From: a virus
Virus record (IMG/VR): IMGVR_UViG_3300025087_000641
Span: 41,405-105,404 of that record
DNA length: 64,000 nucleotides
Strand: one strand, 5' to 3'
Shown piece by piece: positions 57,071 through 64,000 of the stretch (its first letter is position 1; every line of letters begins with the position of its first letter). A model generated the notes under the pieces. It saw only the letters and a program-made list of their open reading frames with translations. It had not been told where the DNA came from and searched no databases. A program made the position numbers and the translations under genes.

Positions 57071-57258
57071 TAGAGTATTCCAAGAATCTCGTCAAATTCA
57101 CCCTGTTCATCCTCTGTTTCTTCGGGAGTGGCATTAATCCACCAGTTATGCTCACCACTGCGGATAATAAATCCAATGCCCTCTCCCTCATATGCCTCAA
57201 CCACTGCGTCATCTGGAACGAGATTTAGGAGTTCTTTTAATTTCCTTACTGTAATCAT
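57070..57258 (-). CDS. Hypothetical protein
   Basis: MITVRKLKELL..PDDA.V motif common in phages. Confidence 0.6.
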   Translation of the reverse strand: MITVRKLKELLNLVPDDAVVEAYEGEGIGFIIRSGEHNWWINATPEETEDEQGEFDEILGIL

Positions 57259-57446
57259 TTATAATCTTCCTCTCGTCTTATTGGTTGCATTGCCCATTTT
57301 CTATTATCCGGGCACAGATGCATCCAAAACCCGCCATTCATCTGTTCGCCACATCTTGGGCACTTATCGCTACGTGGCGGAAAATCATTCCCCATACTCG
57401 CCCATTCCTCCCAGAAAGTCCATGATGGTTTATCCAGTTTATCCAT
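57255..57446 (-). CDS. Hypothetical protein
   Basis: CPRC..HLC; coupled. Confidence 0.5.
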   Translation of the reverse strand: MDKLDKPSWTFWEEWASMGNDFPPRSDKCPRCGEQMNGGFWMHLCPDNRKWAMQPIRREEDYK

Positions 57447-57925
57447 TAGAGTCTTCCCCCCATTGCCTCGTCAAGTTTGTCAAGTCCGTAGTGTGAGGCA
57501 TCGGCAAGAACTAAACCAACAAAGGCCCACCACCAGAGCAACGGCCAATCTATGTGAACAATATTGATGACCAATTTAAGTGGTGTGGCGACAATAAAGT
57601 ATAGCGCCGATAAATATAAGACCCGCAGAACAGTAGAAATGATGGGGGCATGGGAGAGGATGCCTCTGTGCCTACATATTTTTCGGTAGGGCATCCAAGC
57701 ACAATCCCACGCCATTTCTAACGCCACGCCGATATACCTTCTTATGATGTAATCGGAAATATTCCCACCATCAACGTCCTGATCTGGGCCACATAGAATA
57801 CCTGTCATCGCACCAATGGCGACTCCCGCTATCCCCTCAGTCCCCATCTGCAATAAAAACATTGTTGTACTGCCAGAGACGGCCACGGCAATATTTGCAA
57901 TACTGTGTATTTTGCCAGACGGCAT
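57446..57925 (-). CDS. DUF2227-like metal-binding membrane protein
   Basis: MPSGKIH, PDQD, W.PY....HRG.LSH.P...T.LR.LYL, H..LD. Confidence 0.78.
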   Translation of the reverse strand: MPSGKIHSIANIAVAVSGSTTMFLLQMGTEGIAGVAIGAMTGILCGPDQDVDGGNISDYIIRRYIGVALEMAWDCAWMPYRKICRHRGILSHAPIISTVLRVLYLSALYFIVATPLKLVINIVHIDWPLLWWWAFVGLVLADASHYGLDKLDEAMGGRL

Positions 57926-58438
57926 TTAGAGAGTCGGCGGAATATAGTTTTTGATGTCTTTCAATTTCTTGCATAACTCAAGAACATAATCACGATTCCC
58001 GTTCAGGTGATGTCCCCCAGAAACGGCAATGACAAGTTCGCGCCAAATCTCATAATCTCTTTGTTTCTTTGACCGGAGAGGATATTTATCAAAGAGAGGC
58101 ATTAAAATATGGCGACATGCCCCAATATCTTCACAGGCCCATTGTATTTGGGGATTCTGATTGGGATAATTCTTTCGTGTATGTCCAGCACGTCTGTGGG
58201 CAACCCCACAATGCAATATATCCATCACACTGTAAACAAGTTTTGAATCATCATCTCTAACACACACCGCAAGCCTACAAGTTATACCCAACCCTGTGTG
58301 GAGTCTATCTGGGCGGGGATGTGTATCCACCCTGGACGTGAAACAGCCCTCGCCGTCAATCCACCCCGCAAACCAATTACACCAATCCGAATCAATATTT
58401 AGATCAATGTCAAATGCTGACTGTTGCAGAATATTCAT
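57926..58438 (-). CDS. Single-motif LAGLIDADG homing endonuclease
   Basis: WFAGWIDGEGCF; PLFDKYPLRSKKQRDYEIW; ATGA-coupled start. Confidence 0.88.
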   Translation of the reverse strand: MNILQQSAFDIDLNIDSDWCNWFAGWIDGEGCFTSRVDTHPRPDRLHTGLGITCRLAVCVRDDDSKLVYSVMDILHCGVAHRRAGHTRKNYPNQNPQIQWACEDIGACRHILMPLFDKYPLRSKKQRDYEIWRELVIAVSGGHHLNGNRDYVLELCKKLKDIKNYIPPTL

Positions 58439-58689
58439 GTCTGATTCAACTTCTGTTGACACTCCTTGCAGATATTCCTTTCGTGTTTTGGCCCCCGGAT
58501 AAACCATTCACTGCAATTTAGGCAAATATATGCACCATCAAGGACAATACCAAGTGCGTTGCGGGTTGGGTCAAGATTTAGAATCGAAAACTGTCCCCCC
58601 AATTCCTGCCAGCGGGAAATCGTGCTTTTCAGTATTGCCAGAATTACTTGTGGGTCTGGTACTTCTCTTTGTTTTCTTGCGCGTGACAT
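58435..58689 (-). CDS. Hypothetical Zn-binding protein
   Basis: CLNC..CKEC. Confidence 0.5.
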   Translation of the reverse strand: MSRARKQREVPDPQVILAILKSTISRWQELGGQFSILNLDPTRNALGIVLDGAYICLNCSEWFIRGPKHERNICKECQQKLNQT

Positions 58690-58861
58690 TTATATTGTAA
58701 GCCTCTAATCTTTCTTTAGGTAACTTTTCTATTCGCCCACCGCGCATATAGAGCCTGGCACTACCCGAACCACTACGATAGTGCCAGTATCTCCCGTGGT
58801 GAGTTATTTCAGTTCTCCAATTACTTCTGACCCTCTCTATTTGTGGCGTGGCATCTGCCAT
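58571..58861 (-). CDS. Hypothetical basic protein
   Basis: Coupled to the upstream membrane protein. Confidence 0.45.
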   Translation of the reverse strand: MADATPQIERVRSNWRTEITHHGRYWHYRSGSGSARLYMRGGRIEKLPKERLEAYNINVTRKKTKRSTRPTSNSGNTEKHDFPLAGIGGTVFDSKS

Positions 58862-59460
58862 TAACCCCGCGATAAAGGGACAGGGGTTTTATCCTCCTCG
58901 GTTTCCGGCGGGATAACCTCGCGCTTATACTTGCCTTGCCCATCAGTCCGAGGCTTTGTCACTGTGGGCAGAACCGGCATTTCTTGTGGGAATGACATTG
59001 CGGGACGAGTCTGAATCCTTGCTGGCACTATTCGGTCACGGTTCTGGAAGATGTCAGGGATGCCATCATTGTCCTTGTCAAAGTATTTAACAAGGCCAAG
59101 AATCAGGACTGAACCAGTGGTTGCCATCGGAACAAGGGCCAAAGATACAATCCGCAACCAGTTCGGCATTTGTTCTTGGATTCCCAATCCGTAGAATCGC
59201 TGAATGACCTGAGACATTGCAGACATGGCCGCAAACACGAAAGTCCCAACAAGGGCCGCGTGGCGTTGATTTCCAACAACCTTACCACCAAGATAGATCG
59301 TAAATGCCAACGCCCCGTCAATAGCACTTGCCGCAAGTGCCGCGATAAACCACGGGTCAGACTGTTCAAAAACAGAGAACGTATGGAACCATGCAGCCGC
59401 AGCCGCCACAACGTAAGTGAACCAGAAGAGGAATTTGACGAACCCGTTTTGATTTTTCAT
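58861..59460 (-). CDS. Four-TM membrane protein
   Basis: Four hydrophobic helices, then DKDNDGIPD and a Pro-rich tail. Confidence 0.7.
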   Translation of the reverse strand: MKNQNGFVKFLFWFTYVVAAAAAWFHTFSVFEQSDPWFIAALAASAIDGALAFTIYLGGKVVGNQRHAALVGTFVFAAMSAMSQVIQRFYGLGIQEQMPNWLRIVSLALVPMATTGSVLILGLVKYFDKDNDGIPDIFQNRDRIVPARIQTRPAMSFPQEMPVLPTVTKPRTDGQGKYKREVIPPETEEDKTPVPLSRG

Positions 59461-59633
59461 TTCTTATCTCCAAATCCAAGATGGTCATACCAACTTGGCA
59501 AAAATATGCGGACTAACTCTTCAATGATTTGAGTCCTCGGCTTCTTTGTCTTTGTGGTGGCTTCCTCCAATTTCTCGCGAACATCGTCATCAAGTGATAG
59601 ATTTGTCTGTTTTCTGTCTATTTTCTTCTTCAT
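59457..59633 (-). CDS. Ribbon-helix-helix (CopG-like) regulator
   Basis: MKKKIDRKQTNLSLDDDVREKLEEATTKTKKPRTQIIEELVR; 58 aa, not in the ORF track; sits at the divergence point. Confidence 0.72.
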   Translation of the reverse strand: MKKKIDRKQTNLSLDDDVREKLEEATTKTKKPRTQIIEELVRIFLPSWYDHLGFGDKK

Positions 59634-60021
59634 GGCGTTATGTTATACTCCGTGTAGTACGTTTTGTCAAGTGGCAATAATGGGACTAAATTCCCACTGT
59701 ACTTTGTGAGGAATTGACTATAATAACAGTTGCACACCAAAAGACTATGGCGCAGGTCAATCTGCCCGAGGAGTGTGGAATGGAGCACCTGTCCCTATGA
59801 GCGTTCAGGATGACCACACTTAGCCCACGAGCGTTGGTGTGCAAATTTGTATAATGCTGTGTCTAATTCGCGGAGGACAAAATGGGAATGCAATTTGATG
59901 TCACAGAACACGTTTTTGAGAACAGGCTCGAATCTGTAATCTTCTATGACGGTAAATGGGATTATAGCAACTTGCGTAAAATCCACAACGGTATTATGCT
60001 TAGTGGCGGGAGGACACCACA

Positions 60022-60237
60022 ATGCTATCAGAACAACAAATTATTGAATTGGCAGAGGGATATGTTTGTCCACTCGGAAAACGCCCAACTACGCCATATG
60101 AAATCAATGAGGCAAAGAGGTATGCCGAGTTTGCAAGAATTGTTTTGAGAATACAGGCGGACAAAGATGCTCCGCCGATATGTTCCGAATGCGGATTCGC
60201 ACACTTTCCCGGACAAAATACTTGTTGCGACAAGTAG
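60022..60237 (+). CDS. Hypothetical protein
   Basis: RBS GGAGG. Confidence 0.55.
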   Translation: MLSEQQIIELAEGYVCPLGKRPTTPYEINEAKRYAEFARIVLRIQADKDAPPICSECGFAHFPGQNTCCDK

Positions 60238-60252
60238 TTTTTCTGTGACACA

Positions 60253-60468
60253 ATGCCAAAGGTATTTTGTTCAACATGCATAGGCGCGGCATGTGATTTC
60301 TGTGTCTGGTTTGACTACAACGGAGACGATGAGGGAACATACATTGGGAATGGATGGTGCAGAAAACATCTCAGAGAGACAGACCCCGGATGGGAATGTG
60401 ACGACTTTCATTGCAGAAATGCAGATAGGGAGACGGAACAAAATGACAAAGATAATCAACCCCATTGA
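60253..60468 (+). CDS. Cys-rich small protein
   Basis: CSTC..CDFC..GWC..CDDFHC. Confidence 0.6.
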   Translation: MPKVFCSTCIGAACDFCVWFDYNGDDEGTYIGNGWCRKHLRETDPGWECDDFHCRNADRETEQNDKDNQPH

Positions 60469-60840
60469 AGAAATCTGCGAGAATGCTGGAATGACACCGT
60501 TTGACTTCTTGGCGGAGTTTTATGAATGGCTCAATGCCTCGCCAATCAGTTACAAAGACGCCATTGAATTGTGTGCGTTCTTGGCTAAACAACATTCACC
60601 ACTGCCCTGGCAGGAAGAGTCGGTGGTGTCATTCTTTGAGGTGTAGTATGGACGATATTTCTTCCCCTCGCCCACTCCGAAGTATTCTCTCTGGACTCTA
60701 TCCCATGTCAGAGGTGGAGGACTACTGTATGAAATGCAATCACCTCACCGCACATACAAAAGTAAGGCTTCCAGATAGAACAGCATGGATATGCGAGACC
60801 TGTGATGAGGTGCATACCAGCAAAGAGCCAGAGGATTAAC

Positions 60841-61080
60841 ATGGAACAGCCAACACCCGATGACATTAATGAATATGCCCACGCTAATGGTTGGGCTGAG
60901 GTGTGGCGATCTTGGCGAGATACTATGCTACAACAGGGTCGCAATGTTGACAACGCCTATATGAAATTTGAAACATTGCCACAGCGAGATAGATTACTGG
61001 ATACCCAAATTGCGTATGATGTAATCAATGACTTTTTGGCTTGGTATTATTCGCACGGAACAACAAGGGCACAGCATTAG
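60841..61080 (+). CDS. Hypothetical protein
   Basis: RBS GAGG; start MEQPTP. Confidence 0.55.
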   Translation: MEQPTPDDINEYAHANGWAEVWRSWRDTMLQQGRNVDNAYMKFETLPQRDRLLDTQIAYDVINDFLAWYYSHGTTRAQH

Positions 61081-61093
61081 TCAAATTTGCACA
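61078..61093 (+). promoter_or_regulatory. Representative copy of the dispersed 16-bp motif TAGTCAAATTTG(T/C)A(C/T)A
   Basis: Abuts the sigma-factor RBS; other copies listed in findings. Confidence 0.7.
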
Positions 61094-61106
61094 GGGGGAA
61101 ACCTCA

Positions 61107-61742
61107 ATGAAGCGTCACACAAGGAGCAATGAAGAGTGGATACGACTACTCAATCTGTGGGACGATGACGCCACGCAAGAATTGAGGGAGTTGCTGTTAG
61201 GTTCTGCTGTGGTGTATCTCTCGCAAAGACTTCCAGAATGGACAGCAACAGAGAGGCGTAGGCTGGCAGAGGATATGGCACAAGAGGCAACAATGCTAGT
61301 CCTAAAAACCCTCTCTAGGTTTCATGGGGATTCAAAATTCACAACCTGGGCATACTCTTTTGTTATAAACCTATGTGCCTCTGAGGTGCGCTGCCACAGA
61401 AACAAAACGCATGTCAGAATTGATACACACAAAGACCCGATGCAGTACCTTTCTGGTATTCTAGGGGGGCGCAGACCTGTTGATGCAGAAAACATGGCAG
61501 AGAGACGAGACATTTTGGCAATCGTCTCTGGTATCATTGAGGGGCTACCAGAACGCCAGAGAATAGCAGTGGTCAATGTCTGCCTGCGGGGACTATCCAC
61601 TGATGTTGTTGCGGAATCTCTTGGACTCAATCGCAACGCATTCTACAAACTCATGCACGATGCCAGAGTCACAATTCTGGCAAAACTAAAGAGTGTTCAT
61701 TGCCTGACGTTGAGCGACATCTACGCAACATTTGAGGAGTGA
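61107..61742 (+). CDS. ECF-type sigma-70 factor
   Basis: AEDMAQEA..L.RFHGDSKFTTWAY (region 2); LPERQR..GLS...VAESLG..N..YKL.HDAR (region 4). Confidence 0.9.
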   Translation: MKRHTRSNEEWIRLLNLWDDDATQELRELLLGSAVVYLSQRLPEWTATERRRLAEDMAQEATMLVLKTLSRFHGDSKFTTWAYSFVINLCASEVRCHRNKTHVRIDTHKDPMQYLSGILGGRRPVDAENMAERRDILAIVSGIIEGLPERQRIAVVNVCLRGLSTDVVAESLGLNRNAFYKLMHDARVTILAKLKSVHCLTLSDIYATFEE

Positions 61743-61745
61743 CAC

Positions 61746-61931
61746 ATGGTAAAAACAAAATATGTAAATGCAAAGACGGCTGGTACTTGCATGTCGTGTT
61801 CACAGGAACATGGCAAAGTATTTGAGATATATATTGGCGATGGTTCAATGGGAATAGTTGTTAGACTATGCTCGTCCTGTATGGATATTGTATTCCATCA
61901 GTGCAAATCAAAATCAATTCCGAGGATATAA
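61746..61931 (+). CDS. Small Zn-binding protein
   Basis: CMSC..RLCSSC. Confidence 0.55.
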   Translation: MVKTKYVNAKTAGTCMSCSQEHGKVFEIYIGDGSMGIVVRLCSSCMDIVFHQCKSKSIPRI

Positions 61932-62031
61932 TCAATGAGCCTATTTGAATTTCCGGCAAGCACTTTGGGGTAATCACAATACTCATTTGTGTTCTGGCAG
62001 TCATTATTCTGGCATTTGTGGTGAGGTAAAC

Positions 62032-62256
62032 ATGGTATTCGGAATGCTATGGTACAACGATGACAAAAAGACGACATTCGAGCGCAAGGTGACAGATGCG
62101 GCGAAGTATTACGCTGACAAGTATGGACATCCTGCCAATCGTTGTCATGTTAACCCTGCCATGCTAGTGCAGAACATTGAGAGAGTTGGTGATATTGTGA
62201 TTGTGCCAGACGGGAATGTTATGAAAAATCACTTCTGGATTGGCACGGAGAAGTAG
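62032..62256 (+). CDS. Small conserved protein of a family I associate with Chloroflexota
   Basis: GMLW..DD....KV..AA.YY..KYG..C.VNP..HFWIG; recalled family, not database-checked. Confidence 0.65.
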   Translation: MVFGMLWYNDDKKTTFERKVTDAAKYYADKYGHPANRCHVNPAMLVQNIERVGDIVIVPDGNVMKNHFWIGTEK

Positions 62257-62398
62257 ACAGGAGACAAATATGAGAACCCTAAGACACCTGAGATGGCTTG
62301 CAAGAAATTGGGCATTCACACACCTCCCATTATGCCCAGACTGTTATTTGCCAGAATGCTGGCCGTTCAATCACAAACTGTGTATCCCGTTCTAAGAT

Positions 62399-63334
62399 AT
62401 GTCATCTATACCTGTCGAGTTTCTGGCATTGGGACTAGATGGCGTGAAGTTCTATGAGAAACGCCACAATGAGTTTCATGGCCCATGTGTGTTTTGTGGT
62501 GGCGGGGACAGATTCCGAATTCACACAGACCGCCCCTTCCCACACTGGAATTGGGAATGTCGGAAATGTGGCAGGAAGGGATGGGCAGACCAATTGAATC
62601 CAAGACTCCGAGAAGAACTAACGCCAGAACTTCGCACCGAGTATGCCAGAAAACAACAAGAGTCTGATATTGCCAAAAGGAATGCACAAGCAAAGGCTCT
62701 CGCCACATACCAGAGAAGTAGAATCTGGGAGAAATACCACAAGAACTTGACACCGAAACACCGCGAATGGTGGCGTTCTCAGGGCATACCAGACTATTAT
62801 CAAGATTTCTGGAAACTGGGATATGTGCCACATTTAGTAGTTGGAAGTGGAGAATCGTCTGTTACCAGAGATGCATACACAATACCCAAGTTCGGTTTCG
62901 GATGGCGACCAACAAATATGGACTATCGGATCATTGACCCGCCAGAGAAAGTTGGCAAGTATCGTCCGATAAAAGGCTTGCCCGCCACGCCATTTATCTC
63001 TACGCCAGAAGGCAGAACTGACAGAATTGCAATTGTTGAGGGCGCTAAAAAGGCAATGGTGCTACATGCCAGAAATATTATGCCTGACTATACCTGCATT
63101 TTTGGCATTCCGGGAGATACCTCGTGGTGTGGACTTGAGACAAAAGCCAGAAAGTATCAGAGAGTATGGATTATACTTGACCCTGGCGCGGAGAAGTTTG
63201 CCCACAGACTCGCCACTGCAATTGGCAAACATGCCATTGTGGTAGAATTGCCAGACAAGCCAGACGATATGGTTCTGGCAGGTGCTACTAGGGAAACATT
63301 TTTGGCATTGATGCGAAAGGCAGAAAAGTCGTAA
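62399..63334 (+). CDS. DNA primase (Zn-binding domain plus TOPRIM)
   Basis: EFHGPCVFCGGGDRF..W.CRKC; IVEGAKKA; ILDPG; KPDD. Confidence 0.85.
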   Translation: MSSIPVEFLALGLDGVKFYEKRHNEFHGPCVFCGGGDRFRIHTDRPFPHWNWECRKCGRKGWADQLNPRLREELTPELRTEYARKQQESDIAKRNAQAKALATYQRSRIWEKYHKNLTPKHREWWRSQGIPDYYQDFWKLGYVPHLVVGSGESSVTRDAYTIPKFGFGWRPTNMDYRIIDPPEKVGKYRPIKGLPATPFISTPEGRTDRIAIVEGAKKAMVLHARNIMPDYTCIFGIPGDTSWCGLETKARKYQRVWIILDPGAEKFAHRLATAIGKHAIVVELPDKPDDMVLAGATRETFLALMRKAEKS

Positions 63335-63690
63335 TCGTGTGGAAATCAAGACCAGAAGAATATTGGATTAACTTTCTGGCAAGCGCCACAATGAAACGCT
63401 GTGCATTAGTCAAATTTGAACAGCGCATCCCGCCACGTTGGTATAAACTTAGTCGTGGTGGATTCTGGCATATCGGTGCAATAAGTTGCCACAATGCCAT
63501 GTGTGCCAGAAAGAAAGGTTGGAAAGTCAAGATAATGAGCGTATGGTATGCGTCCAAAGAAACTGCGGGGAACAACGATGAAAGGGTCTGTGAGCACAAA
63601 GACGCGCAAACGCCACAGCAAGTGCAACCACAGTTATGGGGAGATGTGGTGTCTTGATGCCACAAGAACAAGGATTGCCAGAATCGGGGT

Positions 63691-63912
63691 GTGCTGGAAA
63701 TGTCAGAAAGTAAAGTAGTCATCTCCTCGCTTTCCAGTGGTGTTTACCACAAACAAAAAGTCATCAAACTTCTGGCAGGACAGACTCTCTATGTAGCAGA
63801 ATGTGGCAGTGCGAAGTATTGGGGTTGTTCATCTGTGCCAGAAGAGTATTGCCAGAAACACAGTATGCGACCATGCCAGAAATGCTATTACGGATACAAC
63901 TATAATGCCTAG
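63691..63912 (+). CDS. Small Cys/His protein
   Basis: VYH..ECG..PCQKC. Confidence 0.5.
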   Translation: MLEMSESKVVISSLSSGVYHKQKVIKLLAGQTLYVAECGSAKYWGCSSVPEEYCQKHSMRPCQKCYYGYNYNA

Positions 63913-63916
63913 AGGG

Positions 63917-64000
63917 GTCTATCCGAGAACTAGTGGCTTTTGCCAGAAGATGCAACAGATCGCCACAGAAGCGACAAGACCCACTAGTTCTCGGATAGAC
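63917..64000. repeat. Perfect 20-bp inverted repeat
   Basis: GTCTATCCGAGAACTAGTGG (63917-63936) / CCACTAGTTCTCGGATAGAC (63981-64000); may extend beyond the window. Confidence 0.85.

Noticed and set aside
57926-58438. Group I intron or intein hosting the LAGLIDADG gene
   Set aside because: Flanking genes are complete and coupled; no splice or intein motifs seen.
59740-59830. Possible small structured RNA at the second divergence
   Set aside because: One 7-bp stem (AGTGTGG/CCACACT) only; cannot be distinguished from chance.
1-64000. Stop-codon reassignment
   Set aside because: Hallmark genes are full length in the standard code and all three stops are used.

Overview
The window is most of a tailed dsDNA phage (siphovirus-like; HK97-fold capsid, tail tube, frameshifted tail chaperones, tape measure). 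The host is probably a Chloroflexota (Anaerolineae-like) bacterium; this is an inference from one small recognisable protein family and an ECF sigma factor. Layout: (i) 1-12394 (+), a tightly coupled operon of about 13 sugar-nucleotide/ulosonic-acid enzymes (PseG-like, epimerase, methyl- and formyltransferases, ATP-grasp, GmhA, TIM-barrel epimerase, PseC-like aminotransferase, two SDRs, TylF, NeuB, KdsC-like) interleaved with tiny single-TM ORFs; (ii) 12418-53531 (-), the morphogenesis arm from terminase to tail fibre, rich in decoration/appendage genes and interrupted by five antisense endonuclease genes and a helicase/phosphoesterase block; (iii) 53560-54290, a non-coding region with a small RNA candidate and a ~375-nt multiply pseudoknotted RNA candidate; (iv) 54297-64000, small early/replication genes (Hjc-like resolvase, LAGLIDADG, RHH regulator, ECF sigma, primase). 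Most notable non-coding signals: the large structured RNA, a shared tandem-promoter plus antisense-pairing leader in front of the antisense endonuclease genes, and a dispersed 16-bp motif (core TAGTCAAATTTG) with about 12 copies. No integrase, endolysin, tRNA, CRISPR array or reverse transcriptase was recognised. All calls are by eye from motifs; no searches were run.
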